This document shows positions 42,560 to 52,187 of a stretch of 64,000 bases of DNA, piece after piece; position 1 is the first letter of the stretch, and every line of letters begins with the position of its first letter. Source of the stretch: a virus; the IMG/VR virus record IMGVR_UViG_3300037424_002358, positions 47,963 to 111,962 of that record; one strand, 5' to 3'. Under the pieces are notes generated by a model. That model ran no database searches. It saw nothing but the letters and a program-made list of their open reading frames with translations, and was not told the DNA's origin. Position numbers and translations under genes: made by a program.

Positions 42560-43086
42560 ACCCCCGCCTCGTCCAGCGCTTTGCGCAGGGCCTCCGCTTC
42601 GTCGGCGAAGAAGGGTCCCGTATACGGCAGGCCGTGGATGTGCGCCATCGTCCAGACTTGCTTCCAGCGCGCATCGCTCTCGACCTCTTGGAGTCGATCC
42701 ACGAACGCCCGCGCCGCTTCGGTGACGGGCAGGACCTTCCTGCGGATCTCCAGGAGCACGTCACCGAGGGTCACGGCGGGGAGCAATGTCCCCTCGTCCG
42801 CCGGCTGATACGTCATAGCGAAGATGTCGGGCTTGCAAGGATACAACTCCCCCTTCACGCCCCTGATGATCCAGTCGCCGGAGGTGACGACGAACCATCC
42901 TTCACTCGTGTAGATCGCCGGCGCTCGATGGTAGCCGATGATGCCATCGTGAGAACCGGCGTCGCCCGAAGCGAGAATAGAGCCGCCTTCGTCAGCCTGA
43001 AATACCTCACGGACTTCTGGATGGTCGCCCATCTTGAACCATTGGACGGCCTCAATGACGACCGGGCGCTTACGGAATTGCGGCAT
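42556..43086 (-). CDS. Conserved phage protein (FRKRPVVIEAVQW...GDWII.G..GE.YPCKPDIF family)
   Basis: Motif pattern. Confidence 0.75.
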   Translation of the reverse strand: MPQFRKRPVVIEAVQWFKMGDHPEVREVFQADEGGSILASGDAGSHDGIIGYHRAPAIYTSEGWFVVTSGDWIIRGVKGELYPCKPDIFAMTYQPADEGTLLPAVTLGDVLLEIRRKVLPVTEAARAFVDRLQEVESDARWKQVWTMAHIHGLPYTGPFFADEAEALRKALDEAGV

Positions 43087-43092
43087 TTTGCC

Positions 43093-44118
43093 CTACTCCT
43101 TGTGCTCCGCGATCTCGTGATCCACCATCCGCCGGACCATCTCGTCGAAGCCGACGGTCGGGCGCCAGCCCAACACCCGTTCCGCCTTCTTAGCCGAACC
43201 GACCAGCCGATGGATTTCTACGGGGCGCACGAGCGACGAGTCCTGGCGCACGTGCGGCAGCCAGTCCGTGATGCCGACGTGGTTGAAGGCCCGCTGGACT
43301 AAGTCGCCGACCGAATGACTCTCGCCGGTGGCGATGACAAAGTCGTCCGGCCTGTCCTGTTGGAGCATCATCCACATGGCCTCAACGTAGTCGGGGGCGT
43401 AGCCCCAATCCCGCCGGGGATCGAGGTGGCCGAGCGTGATCGTATCAGCATGGCCGAGGACGATCATGGCGACGCCTCGTGCCACCTTGCGGCTCAGGAA
43501 GCGCGGACTTCGCCGCTCAGACTCGTGGTTGAAGCAGATGCCCGTCGCGACGAACATGCCGTGAGACAGGCGATAGATGCTGGCAAGGTTGTGAGCCGCG
43601 ACCTTCGACGCGCCGTAGGGGGAGGCAGGGCGCATCGGGGTTGCCTCATCCTGCGGGGCGGCCACGTTGCCGTACATCTCCGAGGAGGAGGCCTGGTAGA
43701 TGCGCGCCGGTAGGTTCAACTGTCGCACGGCCTCGAGGACGTTCAGGAACCCGTGCACGTTCGTCCGCCATACGGACTCGACCTGGTCCCACGACGAGCC
43801 GACGTGCGAGATGGCCGCTAGGTTGTAGATTTCGGGGGGCCACTCCTCGGCGAGCAAGGCCCGGACGGCCGCCGCGTCCGTGACATCGCAGTTCACGACC
43901 TTCAAGCCCTCCATGACGGCGTCGGTCAGGTTCTCGTGCAGAACGCCGTCGGCGTGCGGCCGCGTCGCACCGACCACCCGGTAGCCCTTCCTAATGAGAA
44001 ACTCGGCCAGCCAGGACCCGTCCTGCCCGGCCACGCCGAGGATCAGCGCCCGACGGCCAGCCCCGGAGGCTACCGGGACCACGGCCTCATCCGGCATCGG
44101 AAGCAAAGCGGTCATCAT
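43093..44118 (-). CDS. gmd: GDP-mannose 4,6-dehydratase
   Basis: GVAGQDGS, YNLAA.SHV, QASSSEMYG, SPYGASK, FNHES, RDWG.A.DYV. Confidence 0.92.
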   Translation of the reverse strand: MMTALLPMPDEAVVPVASGAGRRALILGVAGQDGSWLAEFLIRKGYRVVGATRPHADGVLHENLTDAVMEGLKVVNCDVTDAAAVRALLAEEWPPEIYNLAAISHVGSSWDQVESVWRTNVHGFLNVLEAVRQLNLPARIYQASSSEMYGNVAAPQDEATPMRPASPYGASKVAAHNLASIYRLSHGMFVATGICFNHESERRSPRFLSRKVARGVAMIVLGHADTITLGHLDPRRDWGYAPDYVEAMWMMLQQDRPDDFVIATGESHSVGDLVQRAFNHVGITDWLPHVRQDSSLVRPVEIHRLVGSAKKAERVLGWRPTVGFDEMVRRMVDHEIAEHKE

Positions 44119-44273
44119 GGGTTGGGCTTCTCCGTGGAGGAGCGCGGTCGCGCCGCTCAGCCCCTCGACCGGGCCAGCGCGGGAGTCGGTACTAGGCTAT
44201 CACGTTTCGCCGTGGCGGGCAAGGGCCAGACGCGAGTAAGGGGGGGTTTCTGGCTATAAGACCCTCCGTTTTC

Positions 44274-44301
44274 TTGACGCCGGTACCGCGAGCGGTATAA
44301 T
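44274..44301 (+). promoter_or_regulatory. Promoter with operator TACCGCGAGCGGTA
   Basis: TTGACG-16-TATAAT; operator at 44284-44297. Confidence 0.75.
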
Positions 44302-44308
44302 GGCGAAC

Positions 44309-44716
44309 ATGTACTGGCCCTCGTTCCTTCTTTTCACCGGCCTGTCCTTTCTCGTCGGCATCGCCGCCGACTACGTGCCCCGTCGGGCCTCCGTCGGCTT
44401 CCTGATCCTCCTGTTCATCCCGGCCTCGACTGCGGACCTCGTGACCTCTCTGGCATGGAGCAACCTGATGGGGCTGTCGTTCGCCGAGTACGAGTCCAAC
44501 CAGGTTGCTGTAGCCCTCGGCCCGAGCATCCTATTCCTCCTCACCGTAGGGGGATGTGGCCTCAACTGGTACATGCACCACGCGGCGCGACCCCTTCCAG
44601 CGGCGGTTCAGCGGTTGGAACGTGTGTTCTGGACGTCGATGTCGGCCCGCTCCGCTCTCCTGTGCGTCTGGAACGCCTACGTCGGCCTATGGAAACTCGG
44701 CATTATGTCGCCTTGA
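44309..44716 (+). CDS. Membrane protein, probably leaderless
   Basis: Several TM segments; ATG 7 nt after the -10 box. Confidence 0.6.
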   Translation: MYWPSFLLFTGLSFLVGIAADYVPRRASVGFLILLFIPASTADLVTSLAWSNLMGLSFAEYESNQVAVALGPSILFLLTVGGCGLNWYMHHAARPLPAAVQRLERVFWTSMSARSALLCVWNAYVGLWKLGIMSP

Positions 44717-44741
44717 CACCTGATACCGCCTGCGGTACAAT
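44713..44741 (+). promoter_or_regulatory. Promoter with operator TACCGCCTGCGGTA
   Basis: TTGACA-17-TACAAT; operator at 44724-44737. Confidence 0.85.
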
Positions 44742-44810
44742 GGTGGCTGGAAGGAATGCCAGTAACGTCTCTAGGACGCCTTCGGTCCCAAGGAAAGCCA
44801 GGAGGAGAAC

Positions 44811-45290
44811 ATGGACAAGCACAGTTTCGAGTTGCGGTCCTACAAGCCCTTCCACTCGCCCGACGGCGGCGGCTTCAACGCCACCCTGTTCGTCGACGGC
44901 AAGCGCGCCGCCGCCGTGTTCGACGGCGGGTTCGGCGGTGGCCCGATCCTCAACTTCTTCGACACTTCGCCAGACCTGAACGCCCTGTGCAGACAGGCAG
45001 ACGCGGCCATCTTCGAGCGAGCCCATGCGGGCGAGGACAATATCCTCCCCGATGAATGGCTCGTGGGGGAACTCGTCGAGCGCGCCGAGATCGTCCGCAA
45101 CGCGAAGCGCGGGATCGTCATCAAGACCTCGGGCGAGTTTGGTTGCCTCGTCACCCTGCGGCCTCACAAGCCCACCACCCTCGCCGACCTGCAATCGGAC
45201 AAAATCTGGCGGGCGAAGGCCGAGGCCGAGCACGGCGGCAAGATCGTCGACCCCGCCGACTACAGCGGCCCCCTCGTGCTGGTGCTCTGA
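44811..45290 (+). CDS. Hypothetical early protein
   Basis: AGGAGGAG RBS; F.ATL..DGK......DGG.GG. Confidence 0.7.
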   Translation: MDKHSFELRSYKPFHSPDGGGFNATLFVDGKRAAAVFDGGFGGGPILNFFDTSPDLNALCRQADAAIFERAHAGEDNILPDEWLVGELVERAEIVRNAKRGIVIKTSGEFGCLVTLRPHKPTTLADLQSDKIWRAKAEAEHGGKIVDPADYSGPLVLVL

Positions 45291-45946
45291 TGCACACAGC
45301 CGAGGCTATCGCCGAATTCCTGATCGCTGAGGGCGTCCCCGTCCGCGGCTTTCACGAGGGCGACGACATGCTGGACGGCGAGGTGACGATAAGCGAGGCC
45401 GTCCACGTGCAGGTGTCGAGCGACAGCGACGACCTCCCCATCGTCGGGCGCGAGGCCCCCGACGGCGTCTTCCACTACAGGCGGACGGCCTCGCTGGCGG
45501 ACCTACCCGACAATATCCTCTTCGCCGAGGCGGAGGCCATCCGGCTCCTGGTCGCCCTAGCGGGGTTCATCCAGACCGACACGGGCGGCGGATGCACCGC
45601 CTTCATGCACGAGAAGGGCAACGGCCTGCGCTACTCGCTCCTGACGGACGGTGGAGACCCCATCTACCCCCGCTGGCTGGACAAGCCTGTGCTCGTCGGC
45701 TGGTACACGACCGACGGCTACGACATCGGCACTATCGAATGCCCCAACGTCAAGGAGGGCATCAAGGCGGCTCTCCTGGACATCCGGGATACCTCAGCCA
45801 TCCCAACAGCGGAGCAACTCGCCTGCCCACACCCCGCGGAAGCGCAGGCGGAGGAAGGTCGTGGCAATCGCAGCCTTGTGGCTGGCGAGGTCGACGACGA
45901 TCTGCGCGAGGTCGCCGTGTGCAAGGCTTGTGGGTGGGAGCGCTGA
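45290..45946 (+). CDS. Hypothetical protein
   Basis: TGATG coupling; QTDTGGGCTA. Confidence 0.6.
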   Translation: MHTAEAIAEFLIAEGVPVRGFHEGDDMLDGEVTISEAVHVQVSSDSDDLPIVGREAPDGVFHYRRTASLADLPDNILFAEAEAIRLLVALAGFIQTDTGGGCTAFMHEKGNGLRYSLLTDGGDPIYPRWLDKPVLVGWYTTDGYDIGTIECPNVKEGIKAALLDIRDTSAIPTAEQLACPHPAEAQAEEGRGNRSLVAGEVDDDLREVAVCKACGWER

Positions 45947-45984
45947 GCGCCGCCGACCGATCTACTTTCCATAGGAGACTGACG

Positions 45985-46707
45985 ATGAAACGCATCGCGC
46001 TTGCCGTGCTGGCTCTACTGCTTGCTGGCTGTGTGGCATCGGGTCCGAACTCGGTGCCGAAGATGATTGAGAAGGCAACAGAGGTTGGGACTGCCCTACC
46101 CGCTACGGTAACGCCGAATGTCGTGGTCGAAGTCATCGACGGCGATACCGTCATTCTGGCTGATGGGACACACGTACGACTGCTTGGTATGGATGCTCCA
46201 GAGAGCGACGCCTGTGGTGGTCAGGAGGCCAGCGACCAACTGGCGTCTCTCATGCCGCTGACGGCCAATCTCAACGGCGAGGTCGACAAGTACGACCGCT
46301 CGCTCGCGTATCTGGAAACACCGGATGGTCGGGATGCTGGCTACTTCATGATCCTGACTGGCTACGCCATCGCTCGCTACGACAGCCGAGATGGATATGG
46401 CGCTCATCCCAATGAGCATCTCTACATCGAGGCTCAGAACCTAGCCGCGGACCATCCAGAAGAAGGTGTGTGGGGGCTGTGCGGTAGCATCGCTACCGTC
46501 ACTCTCTACCCAACCCCAACTCCTAGAGCGACACAAGTGGTCATTCCACCGACACGAGTGACCCTTCCACCTACAGCGGCACCGTCCAACGTCTACTACG
46601 CCAACTGTTCTGCTGTTCGGGACGCCGGTGCCGCTCCACTCTATCAGGGGCAACCCGGCTATCGCAGTGGTCTTGATCGAGACCACGACGGCATCGCTTG
46701 CGAGTAG
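45985..46707 (+). CDS. Lipoprotein thermonuclease (SNase) with Excalibur Ca-binding domain
   Basis: Lipobox LLAGC; VIDGDT, VRLLGMDAPE, DKYDRSLAY; YYANC...GY...LDRDHDGIACE. Confidence 0.9.
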   Translation: MKRIALAVLALLLAGCVASGPNSVPKMIEKATEVGTALPATVTPNVVVEVIDGDTVILADGTHVRLLGMDAPESDACGGQEASDQLASLMPLTANLNGEVDKYDRSLAYLETPDGRDAGYFMILTGYAIARYDSRDGYGAHPNEHLYIEAQNLAADHPEEGVWGLCGSIATVTLYPTPTPRATQVVIPPTRVTLPPTAAPSNVYYANCSAVRDAGAAPLYQGQPGYRSGLDRDHDGIACE

Positions 46708-46711
46708 CGAA

Positions 46712-47140
46712 ATGAAGACGCTCATTGACTACGTCATGTCCAAGAGCATCCGCGGCGACTGCACGTGCGGCACCTGCTTCGACGCCGCGGAGAAGCCCGC
46801 GCAGCCCTCGGGCCACACCGCCAACTTGACCTTCTTCAAGGTCGCCGCGAAGCCTGAGGCCAGCGCGGACGCCCTGCGCGCGCTGGTCCAGGAGGCTATG
46901 CCGAATCTGCTCAATGGCCGTGAGCACTCCTACCTCGAGATCGGCGTCGAGATCGGTCAGGATGCGGCCCTGCGCCTCATTGGCCTCGGCGGCGTGCTTC
47001 GGCTGTGGGACGTTCTTTCGCCCGACACCCTCATGCCGTTCCTGACCCACGAACAGAAGGTTGCGATTGCTCAGCGCGGACTCGTGGCGCTCCTGGCTGT
47101 CCATGCGCAGGAGGATGTCGTCCATGGCGACGACGCTTGA
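46712..47140 (+). CDS. Conserved hypothetical phage protein
   Basis: RG.C.CG.C...SY.EIG..IG.Q..AL.L.GLG. Confidence 0.65.
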   Translation: MKTLIDYVMSKSIRGDCTCGTCFDAAEKPAQPSGHTANLTFFKVAAKPEASADALRALVQEAMPNLLNGREHSYLEIGVEIGQDAALRLIGLGGVLRLWDVLSPDTLMPFLTHEQKVAIAQRGLVALLAVHAQEDVVHGDDA

Positions 47141-47354
47141 TCTTCTCCTGACCGCCTCCCTCGCAGACCAGCATCGGCAACTCCGCGGCTTAGTCGGGAC
47201 CGAGGTGCGATACCGCGGCCGAGCCTACCGGGTGATCGACGCGATGGGCGAGGACGACAACTTCGGACTCTTTCTCCAAGAGGCCCACCCCTCGGGCATC
47301 CCGACGACGCTGATCGTCTCCGGGGATGACCTGCGGGGCATCCAACTGCCATGA
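47124..47354 (+). CDS. Hypothetical protein
   Basis: GGAGG upstream; coupled ORF. Confidence 0.5.
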   Translation: MATTLDLLLTASLADQHRQLRGLVGTEVRYRGRAYRVIDAMGEDDNFGLFLQEAHPSGIPTTLIVSGDDLRGIQLP

Positions 47355-47557
47355 GACTTCCGGGGACGCCCCTCTTCATCGAACGGGTGCCGGGACGCCC
47401 GACTGTCAGCATCAACCTGCACGACCTGTGGGTCGGTGTCTATTGGAAATACTGGCACACGCTGTTTGCCTCTCCCCATTGGACGCTCGATCTGTACATC
47501 TGCCCCTTCCCGGCGGTCCTGGTGGCCCTCCGTATTCAGAGGGGAGGGGCACCGTGA
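47351..47557 (+). CDS. Hypothetical protein
   Basis: DLWVGVYW motif; coupled ORF. Confidence 0.5.
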   Translation: MRLPGTPLFIERVPGRPTVSINLHDLWVGVYWKYWHTLFASPHWTLDLYICPFPAVLVALRIQRGGAP

Positions 47558-47718
47558 GACTGCGTAGCCTGCTCGTGGCCCTCGCCAGCGCCGCGTCCGC
47601 TGTCATGTGCGTCATCTTCATCGCGGCTTGGCTCCGTACCGGCGACGAGACGATGGTTGTGGGGATTGGACCTACATTCCTCATCGCAATCCTGCTGATG
47701 GTCGAGGTGAACGCATGA
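47554..47718 (+). CDS. Small membrane protein
   Basis: Two hydrophobic helices; GGAGG upstream. Confidence 0.5.
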   Translation: MRLRSLLVALASAASAVMCVIFIAAWLRTGDETMVVGIGPTFLIAILLMVEVNA

Positions 47719-47734
47719 ACAAGGAGAAGCGCTG

Positions 47735-48388
47735 ATGGCCGGTTTCAAACCTTCCCCCGGCACGGCTGCCAAAGCGCTCGCCAAGCGAGTGCCCGACTTC
47801 GTCGGCATGCTCCGCATCGACGGCCTGACTCCAGGCGGGCGCGGTGGCTGGATGACCAAGAGCAAGTGGTCGCGCTTCTGGCTCGTCCGCGGCGAGGTCT
47901 ATGCCGTCCGCTCCTCGTTCAGGCGGGCACCGACAAGCACGGGCTTCCGCGCGGCCTCCAACGGACCATGCGCGATCTGCGGCGAGTACAACAAGGTGCC
48001 GGACCGTAGCCTCGTCTTCGCCCCCGACCCGCGGGCTGGCGAGGAGGTTGGCCGCGACCGCAACACGCTCGGTATCGGCGCGAGGGCCGACGAGACGGTC
48101 CCGATCATCCTGGCCGAGTTCGCGACGGTCACCGCCTGCCCGTCCTGCGTTGCAGCGCATGGACTCGTCATCAATGAGAAGTTCTACAACTTCTATCGCT
48201 CAGTCTGGGAAGGTGGGAAGATCGTCCGCTACATCAAGACGGGACTCCATCCGCTCTCCGTCTATTCGCCGCCCGTGCTCCAGGCTGACATCCGCCCCGT
48301 CCACGACGGTCGGGCCGACCTTGCCTCCGTCGAGGTCAAGCCGTACGTGACGCCCGAGCCGACCTGGGAAAACCTGATGAGAGTATGA
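47735..48388 (+). CDS. Hypothetical protein (CxxC x2)
   Basis: AAGGAG RBS. Confidence 0.6.
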   Translation: MAGFKPSPGTAAKALAKRVPDFVGMLRIDGLTPGGRGGWMTKSKWSRFWLVRGEVYAVRSSFRRAPTSTGFRAASNGPCAICGEYNKVPDRSLVFAPDPRAGEEVGRDRNTLGIGARADETVPIILAEFATVTACPSCVAAHGLVINEKFYNFYRSVWEGGKIVRYIKTGLHPLSVYSPPVLQADIRPVHDGRADLASVEVKPYVTPEPTWENLMRV

Positions 48389-48389
48389 A

Positions 48390-48761
48390 ATGGAAGCAGC
48401 CCCGTCTCCCATACGCGATCTCCTGCACGCTGGTCTCCTCGTCCGTGGCGGCGTCTACGGTGGCCGCGTCGGCCACTTTTGGCCCGACATCCTGAGTGGC
48501 GGCCCGTCGCTCTGCGGCGCCGAGGGTCCGCCGTTCACGTGGCGCTCCGGTGACTGGATTCCGGGGCGGCTATGCCTTCGCTGCGTCAGGGTCGCCCTCC
48601 GCGTCCTCCGGCTTCTGCCGGTGCCGCTGTGTCCGTCGTGCCATAGCATCGTGACCCGACCGCACTGCCTCTTCGACCTGCCGCCGGACGAGTGCCCGAG
48701 GCACGCGCTCAGGGAGGCGTGGGCCACCCAAGTGCGCGCGGCGCTACGGCGAAAGGATTGA
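48390..48761 (+). CDS. Cys-rich hypothetical protein
   Basis: SLCG...CLRC, CPSC...C...C.RH. Confidence 0.55.
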   Translation: MEAAPSPIRDLLHAGLLVRGGVYGGRVGHFWPDILSGGPSLCGAEGPPFTWRSGDWIPGRLCLRCVRVALRVLRLLPVPLCPSCHSIVTRPHCLFDLPPDECPRHALREAWATQVRAALRRKD

Positions 48762-49006
48762 TGGAAATGGCGCTACTTACGTTGAACCGTGGCGAACTGA
48801 TCCTCTGGCACGAAGCCGGCGAGATTCAGGTCTTCGAATCCGTCGCCGACTGTCTCGCCTACATCCGGGCCGAGTGGCACCCGAAGGCGAAACAACTCCA
48901 CCTAGTCGCCTTTCACTCCGAGGTCCGCATCTTCAGCGCGGAGCGCCGCCTGCTCAGCCGCGTCGAAGCCCGGATCATCCGCCCATGGAAGAAGGTGAAA
49001 CCGTGA
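48761..49006 (+). CDS. Hypothetical protein
   Basis: TGATG coupling. Confidence 0.5.
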   Translation: MEMALLTLNRGELILWHEAGEIQVFESVADCLAYIRAEWHPKAKQLHLVAFHSEVRIFSAERRLLSRVEARIIRPWKKVKP

Positions 49007-49551
49007 ACGACCTGGTCGGCAACCTGACGGGGAATGAGCGCTCATCGGCCTCGGGCTACATCATGCTTGCCCTCGCCGTCTCTGCGGCGGCTCACTGCAA
49101 CGACTACGACGCCGCCGACGCGCCTATGTTCCTCCACACCCTGCGCGTCGCGCAGCGGCTCGCCGAGGCCCGACCGTACAACCTCGACGCCGTCATCGCC
49201 GGGTTGCTACACGACGCGGCTGAAAGCGGGAGGGCGCGTTTGGACACCCTGCCGATGGAGATCGCGGTTGGCGACCTCGCTTGCCCGCTATCCCTCGCCC
49301 TTCACGACACGCTCACCCTCTTGAAGAGGCCGATGGGACTCACCTATGCCGCGTACATTCATAGGCTCGCGGCCGACCCCCTCGCCGTTCAGGTCAAACT
49401 CGCCGACCTGGATGACAATCTCAATCGACGCCGCATGAAACTCGCGCCCCGGCCATTCCGCAAGAGCCACGAAGTTCGCTACCTGGTCGCGCGCCGTTAC
49501 TTGCTCGAGGCTGTCCGGTCCTACGACGAGTGGCTGGCCCGGATGCCGTAG
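49003..49551 (+). CDS. HD-domain hydrolase, RelA/SpoT-hydrolase (small alarmone hydrolase)-like
   Basis: H.LRVA, AGLLHD..E, VKLADL.DN. Confidence 0.75.
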   Translation: MNDLVGNLTGNERSSASGYIMLALAVSAAAHCNDYDAADAPMFLHTLRVAQRLAEARPYNLDAVIAGLLHDAAESGRARLDTLPMEIAVGDLACPLSLALHDTLTLLKRPMGLTYAAYIHRLAADPLAVQVKLADLDDNLNRRRMKLAPRPFRKSHEVRYLVARRYLLEAVRSYDEWLARMP

Positions 49552-49559
49552 GAGGTCCC

Positions 49560-49871
49560 ATGGGTGTCTACATCAACGCTCCTGAGATGCCAAAGGTTGG
49601 GAAAGTGGGCTGGCTCGAGGACCACGCGAGAGCACGCAAGGTCGATGCCTACGGCTACGAGGTCAAGTCCGGCGAGGTCCTGATCTGCGTGGTCCTGAAC
49701 CTTCACCGTACAGGCGGCTTCGACGCGGCCGGGATCATGTTCGACAACGACGAACTGCGCGACTGGCTCGAACCGGAGTACCGTGACGACCGGCCCAAGA
49801 CATGGCTTGTCATGGACCGGGCGGAAGCCTTCACGCTCGCCGGCGTCCCCGACCCGGCATTGGAGGTCTGA
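49560..49871 (+). CDS. Conserved hypothetical protein
   Basis: MG.YIN...K..WL...F.AAGI....E...D.RPK.W; GGAGG. Confidence 0.65.
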   Translation: MGVYINAPEMPKVGKVGWLEDHARARKVDAYGYEVKSGEVLICVVLNLHRTGGFDAAGIMFDNDELRDWLEPEYRDDRPKTWLVMDRAEAFTLAGVPDPALEV

Positions 49872-49872
49872 C

Positions 49873-50379
49873 ATGCCGCGATCCACTCTGCGCGCCATCG
49901 GCGGCGCGCTCATGCTCTTCTGGCTCGTCTCGCTCCTCGTTGGGATACTTATGCTGATCCGCCAGCCGCAGCAACTCGGCATCCCGGAGGCTTACATCTA
50001 CTGGCGGATCGTCGGCGAAGGTCCAGCGTGGGCGTTCTTCGTCGCCATCGGCTTGCTACATCTCGCCGCCAATCCGGGACCTTCATGGAAGGTCGCCTAT
50101 CACAGTCAGACCGCCGCATATCCGCAGGGCGAACACGATGACCTCGTCGACTCATCGTGGGTCCACCGCGCGGGGACATTTGAGGGGCAGATACGCTCCG
50201 CTGGCCGATTCGTGCTCCTGAACTGGATCGTCCTGGTCGGGGTAGGATTGGCGCTCGGATGGTTCCTCCGAGGCGATCCATACAACGCGGCCTACGATGT
50301 GGTGTTCAAGGCGGTCTGCGAGCCGCCGGCCTGGATCGTCGCCGCCGCGCTCATCGCCGCGCTGTGGAAGTCGCGATGA
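49873..50379 (+). CDS. Membrane protein
   Basis: About four TM segments; GGAGG. Confidence 0.6.
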   Translation: MPRSTLRAIGGALMLFWLVSLLVGILMLIRQPQQLGIPEAYIYWRIVGEGPAWAFFVAIGLLHLAANPGPSWKVAYHSQTAAYPQGEHDDLVDSSWVHRAGTFEGQIRSAGRFVLLNWIVLVGVGLALGWFLRGDPYNAAYDVVFKAVCEPPAWIVAAALIAALWKSR

Positions 50380-50576
50380 CGATCACGGCGAAGTATAGCG
50401 GGACACTCCCGTGGCGGCATTGGGTCTACCGATGCGACAAACACAAGACCGCCGACTTGCCGATGACCGTCATGCGCGTCCACCTCGAGAAACTCCACCG
50501 CATGCGGCGCGACCGTGCCGACCTCAAGATGTCTGAGGCTCGCATGGCAATCCTGAAAGCGAGGCCTAGCGCATGA
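50376..50576 (+). CDS. Small hypothetical protein
   Basis: Coupled at both ends. Confidence 0.45.
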   Translation: MTITAKYSGTLPWRHWVYRCDKHKTADLPMTVMRVHLEKLHRMRRDRADLKMSEARMAILKARPSA

Positions 50577-51121
50577 AGTCCGCGGCCGGAATCGTCCTCA
50601 TCGCGCCTAAGTTCGCCTTCAACGTGGGCGCCGCCGTGCGCCTCGCCTCCGCTTATGGGATTGGCACTGTCGTCTACAGCGGCGACCGCGTCGAGGCCGA
50701 CCTGCTCCACAGCGGCTCGGGGCGCCTGCCGCGCGAGGAACGGATGAAGGGATACGCCGAGGTCTATTTCCGCCAAAGCGACAGGCCGCTCGATTTCCCG
50801 TTCCGCCGGATGATCTCGCCCCCCGACATAGGGCACGTCTCGCACCCCATCCCCGTCGCGGTCGAGGTCCGGGAGGGCGCCGAGCCGCTCCACTCCTTCG
50901 TCCACCCTGAGGACGCGGTGTACGTCTTCGGGCCGGAGGACGGGAGCATCAGCCCGGCAATCCTGGTCCGCTGCCATCGGGTCATCGTCATCCCCGTCCG
51001 CCATTGCCTCAACCTCGCGACCGCCGTCGCCACGGTGCTCTGGGACCGGCACGTCAAGGCCAGTCCAGATGGACCATTCATGACGCCGGGCGAGTTCGAG
51101 CAGAGAGGAGCATCAAGGTGA
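50573..51121 (+). CDS. SpoU/TrmH-family (SPOUT) RNA methyltransferase
   Basis: NVGAAVR, YVFGPEDGSI, VIP...CLNLATA. Confidence 0.85.
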   Translation: MKSAAGIVLIAPKFAFNVGAAVRLASAYGIGTVVYSGDRVEADLLHSGSGRLPREERMKGYAEVYFRQSDRPLDFPFRRMISPPDIGHVSHPIPVAVEVREGAEPLHSFVHPEDAVYVFGPEDGSISPAILVRCHRVIVIPVRHCLNLATAVATVLWDRHVKASPDGPFMTPGEFEQRGASR

Positions 51122-51612
51122 AAATCCAGCGCGCTATCGTGATCCTGGCCCTCGTCGCCGCGCCGATCAGTTCCGTCGCCCTCGTCTACTACGGGCCAAT
51201 CTGGTTCTTGAAGGCGGAGATCGCGGAGGCGACCGAAATGCTGTGGCTGTGGATGGTCCGGGAATATGGCGTCACGCCGGCGATGGACGACTGCCTCGAC
51301 GATTGGGGCTTCCCCCCAAGGGACTACTACTCCCTGCGCATCTGCGGCGGTGGATGGGTTACGCCGCCCGACGCGCCTTTCCAGCCGGACCTCGCCGACG
51401 CGTGCCTGCCTTACTACCAGGCGGCCGAGAATCGGCTGATCCATCTGAGCGTCGCAGGCAAGAGGGGCGAACTGACGCCGTTGGAAATCTATGAACTCGC
51501 GCAGTTGGCGCGGCTGGACGTCCTTGCATACGATCATTGCGTGCGGGGCGAACCCGTCGGCGGCGATCTCACGCGCTACTACCCTGAGCGTCGCTGGGAG
51601 CGGTCACCATGA
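51118..51612 (+). CDS. Hypothetical protein with N-terminal signal/TM
   Basis: GAGGAG RBS; hydrophobic N-terminus. Confidence 0.55.
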   Translation: MKIQRAIVILALVAAPISSVALVYYGPIWFLKAEIAEATEMLWLWMVREYGVTPAMDDCLDDWGFPPRDYYSLRICGGGWVTPPDAPFQPDLADACLPYYQAAENRLIHLSVAGKRGELTPLEIYELAQLARLDVLAYDHCVRGEPVGGDLTRYYPERRWERSP

Positions 51613-52187
51613 TCTTCCGACCCTTCCTCGCCCGCGCCATATTCGCCCGCCTCAAGACCGAGACCCGCCGCCTGGTCAAGCCTGGCGACGAAGCGTTCAT
51701 GCTGATGAACAAGATCGCGGCCGTTCGCCGCAACGGGCGGCTCACGTGGAAGGTCAACGATGGGACCATAGACTGGATAGGGCAGGGCATGACCTACTCC
51801 AACGCTGCGACCCACCCAGCCACCTATCGGCAGCCGACGTACTCGATCCACATGAAGAGGGCAACGCCGTCGGTCGGCAGGTTCCGCATCCCGTACATTC
51901 TCCGTGAGCGCCTTCAGGACATCACCGACGAGGGCGTGCGAATGGAGGGACTCAGCCACAGCGTGCACGACCCCGAAGCACCCTTCATGCCCTTCGACAT
52001 GCCCTACAGCCCGTCCCACTTGGCCTTTGTCGACCCGGCCCGGATCGACGACGGCCTCCTCCTGCCCGGACCGCGGGCTGCCTTCGCGAGTCTGTGGGAC
52101 TCAATCAACGTAAAGGGCCACCGCTGGATTGACAATCCTGAGGTATGGGTCATCGGAATCGTGCCCGTGAAAGATGTGCAGCCATGA
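51609..52187 (+). CDS. ASCH/PUA-like phage protein
   Basis: KTETRR, ERLQDIT.E....EG, F..LWDSIN...W..NP.VWVI. Confidence 0.75.
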   Translation: MIFRPFLARAIFARLKTETRRLVKPGDEAFMLMNKIAAVRRNGRLTWKVNDGTIDWIGQGMTYSNAATHPATYRQPTYSIHMKRATPSVGRFRIPYILRERLQDITDEGVRMEGLSHSVHDPEAPFMPFDMPYSPSHLAFVDPARIDDGLLLPGPRAAFASLWDSINVKGHRWIDNPEVWVIGIVPVKDVQP

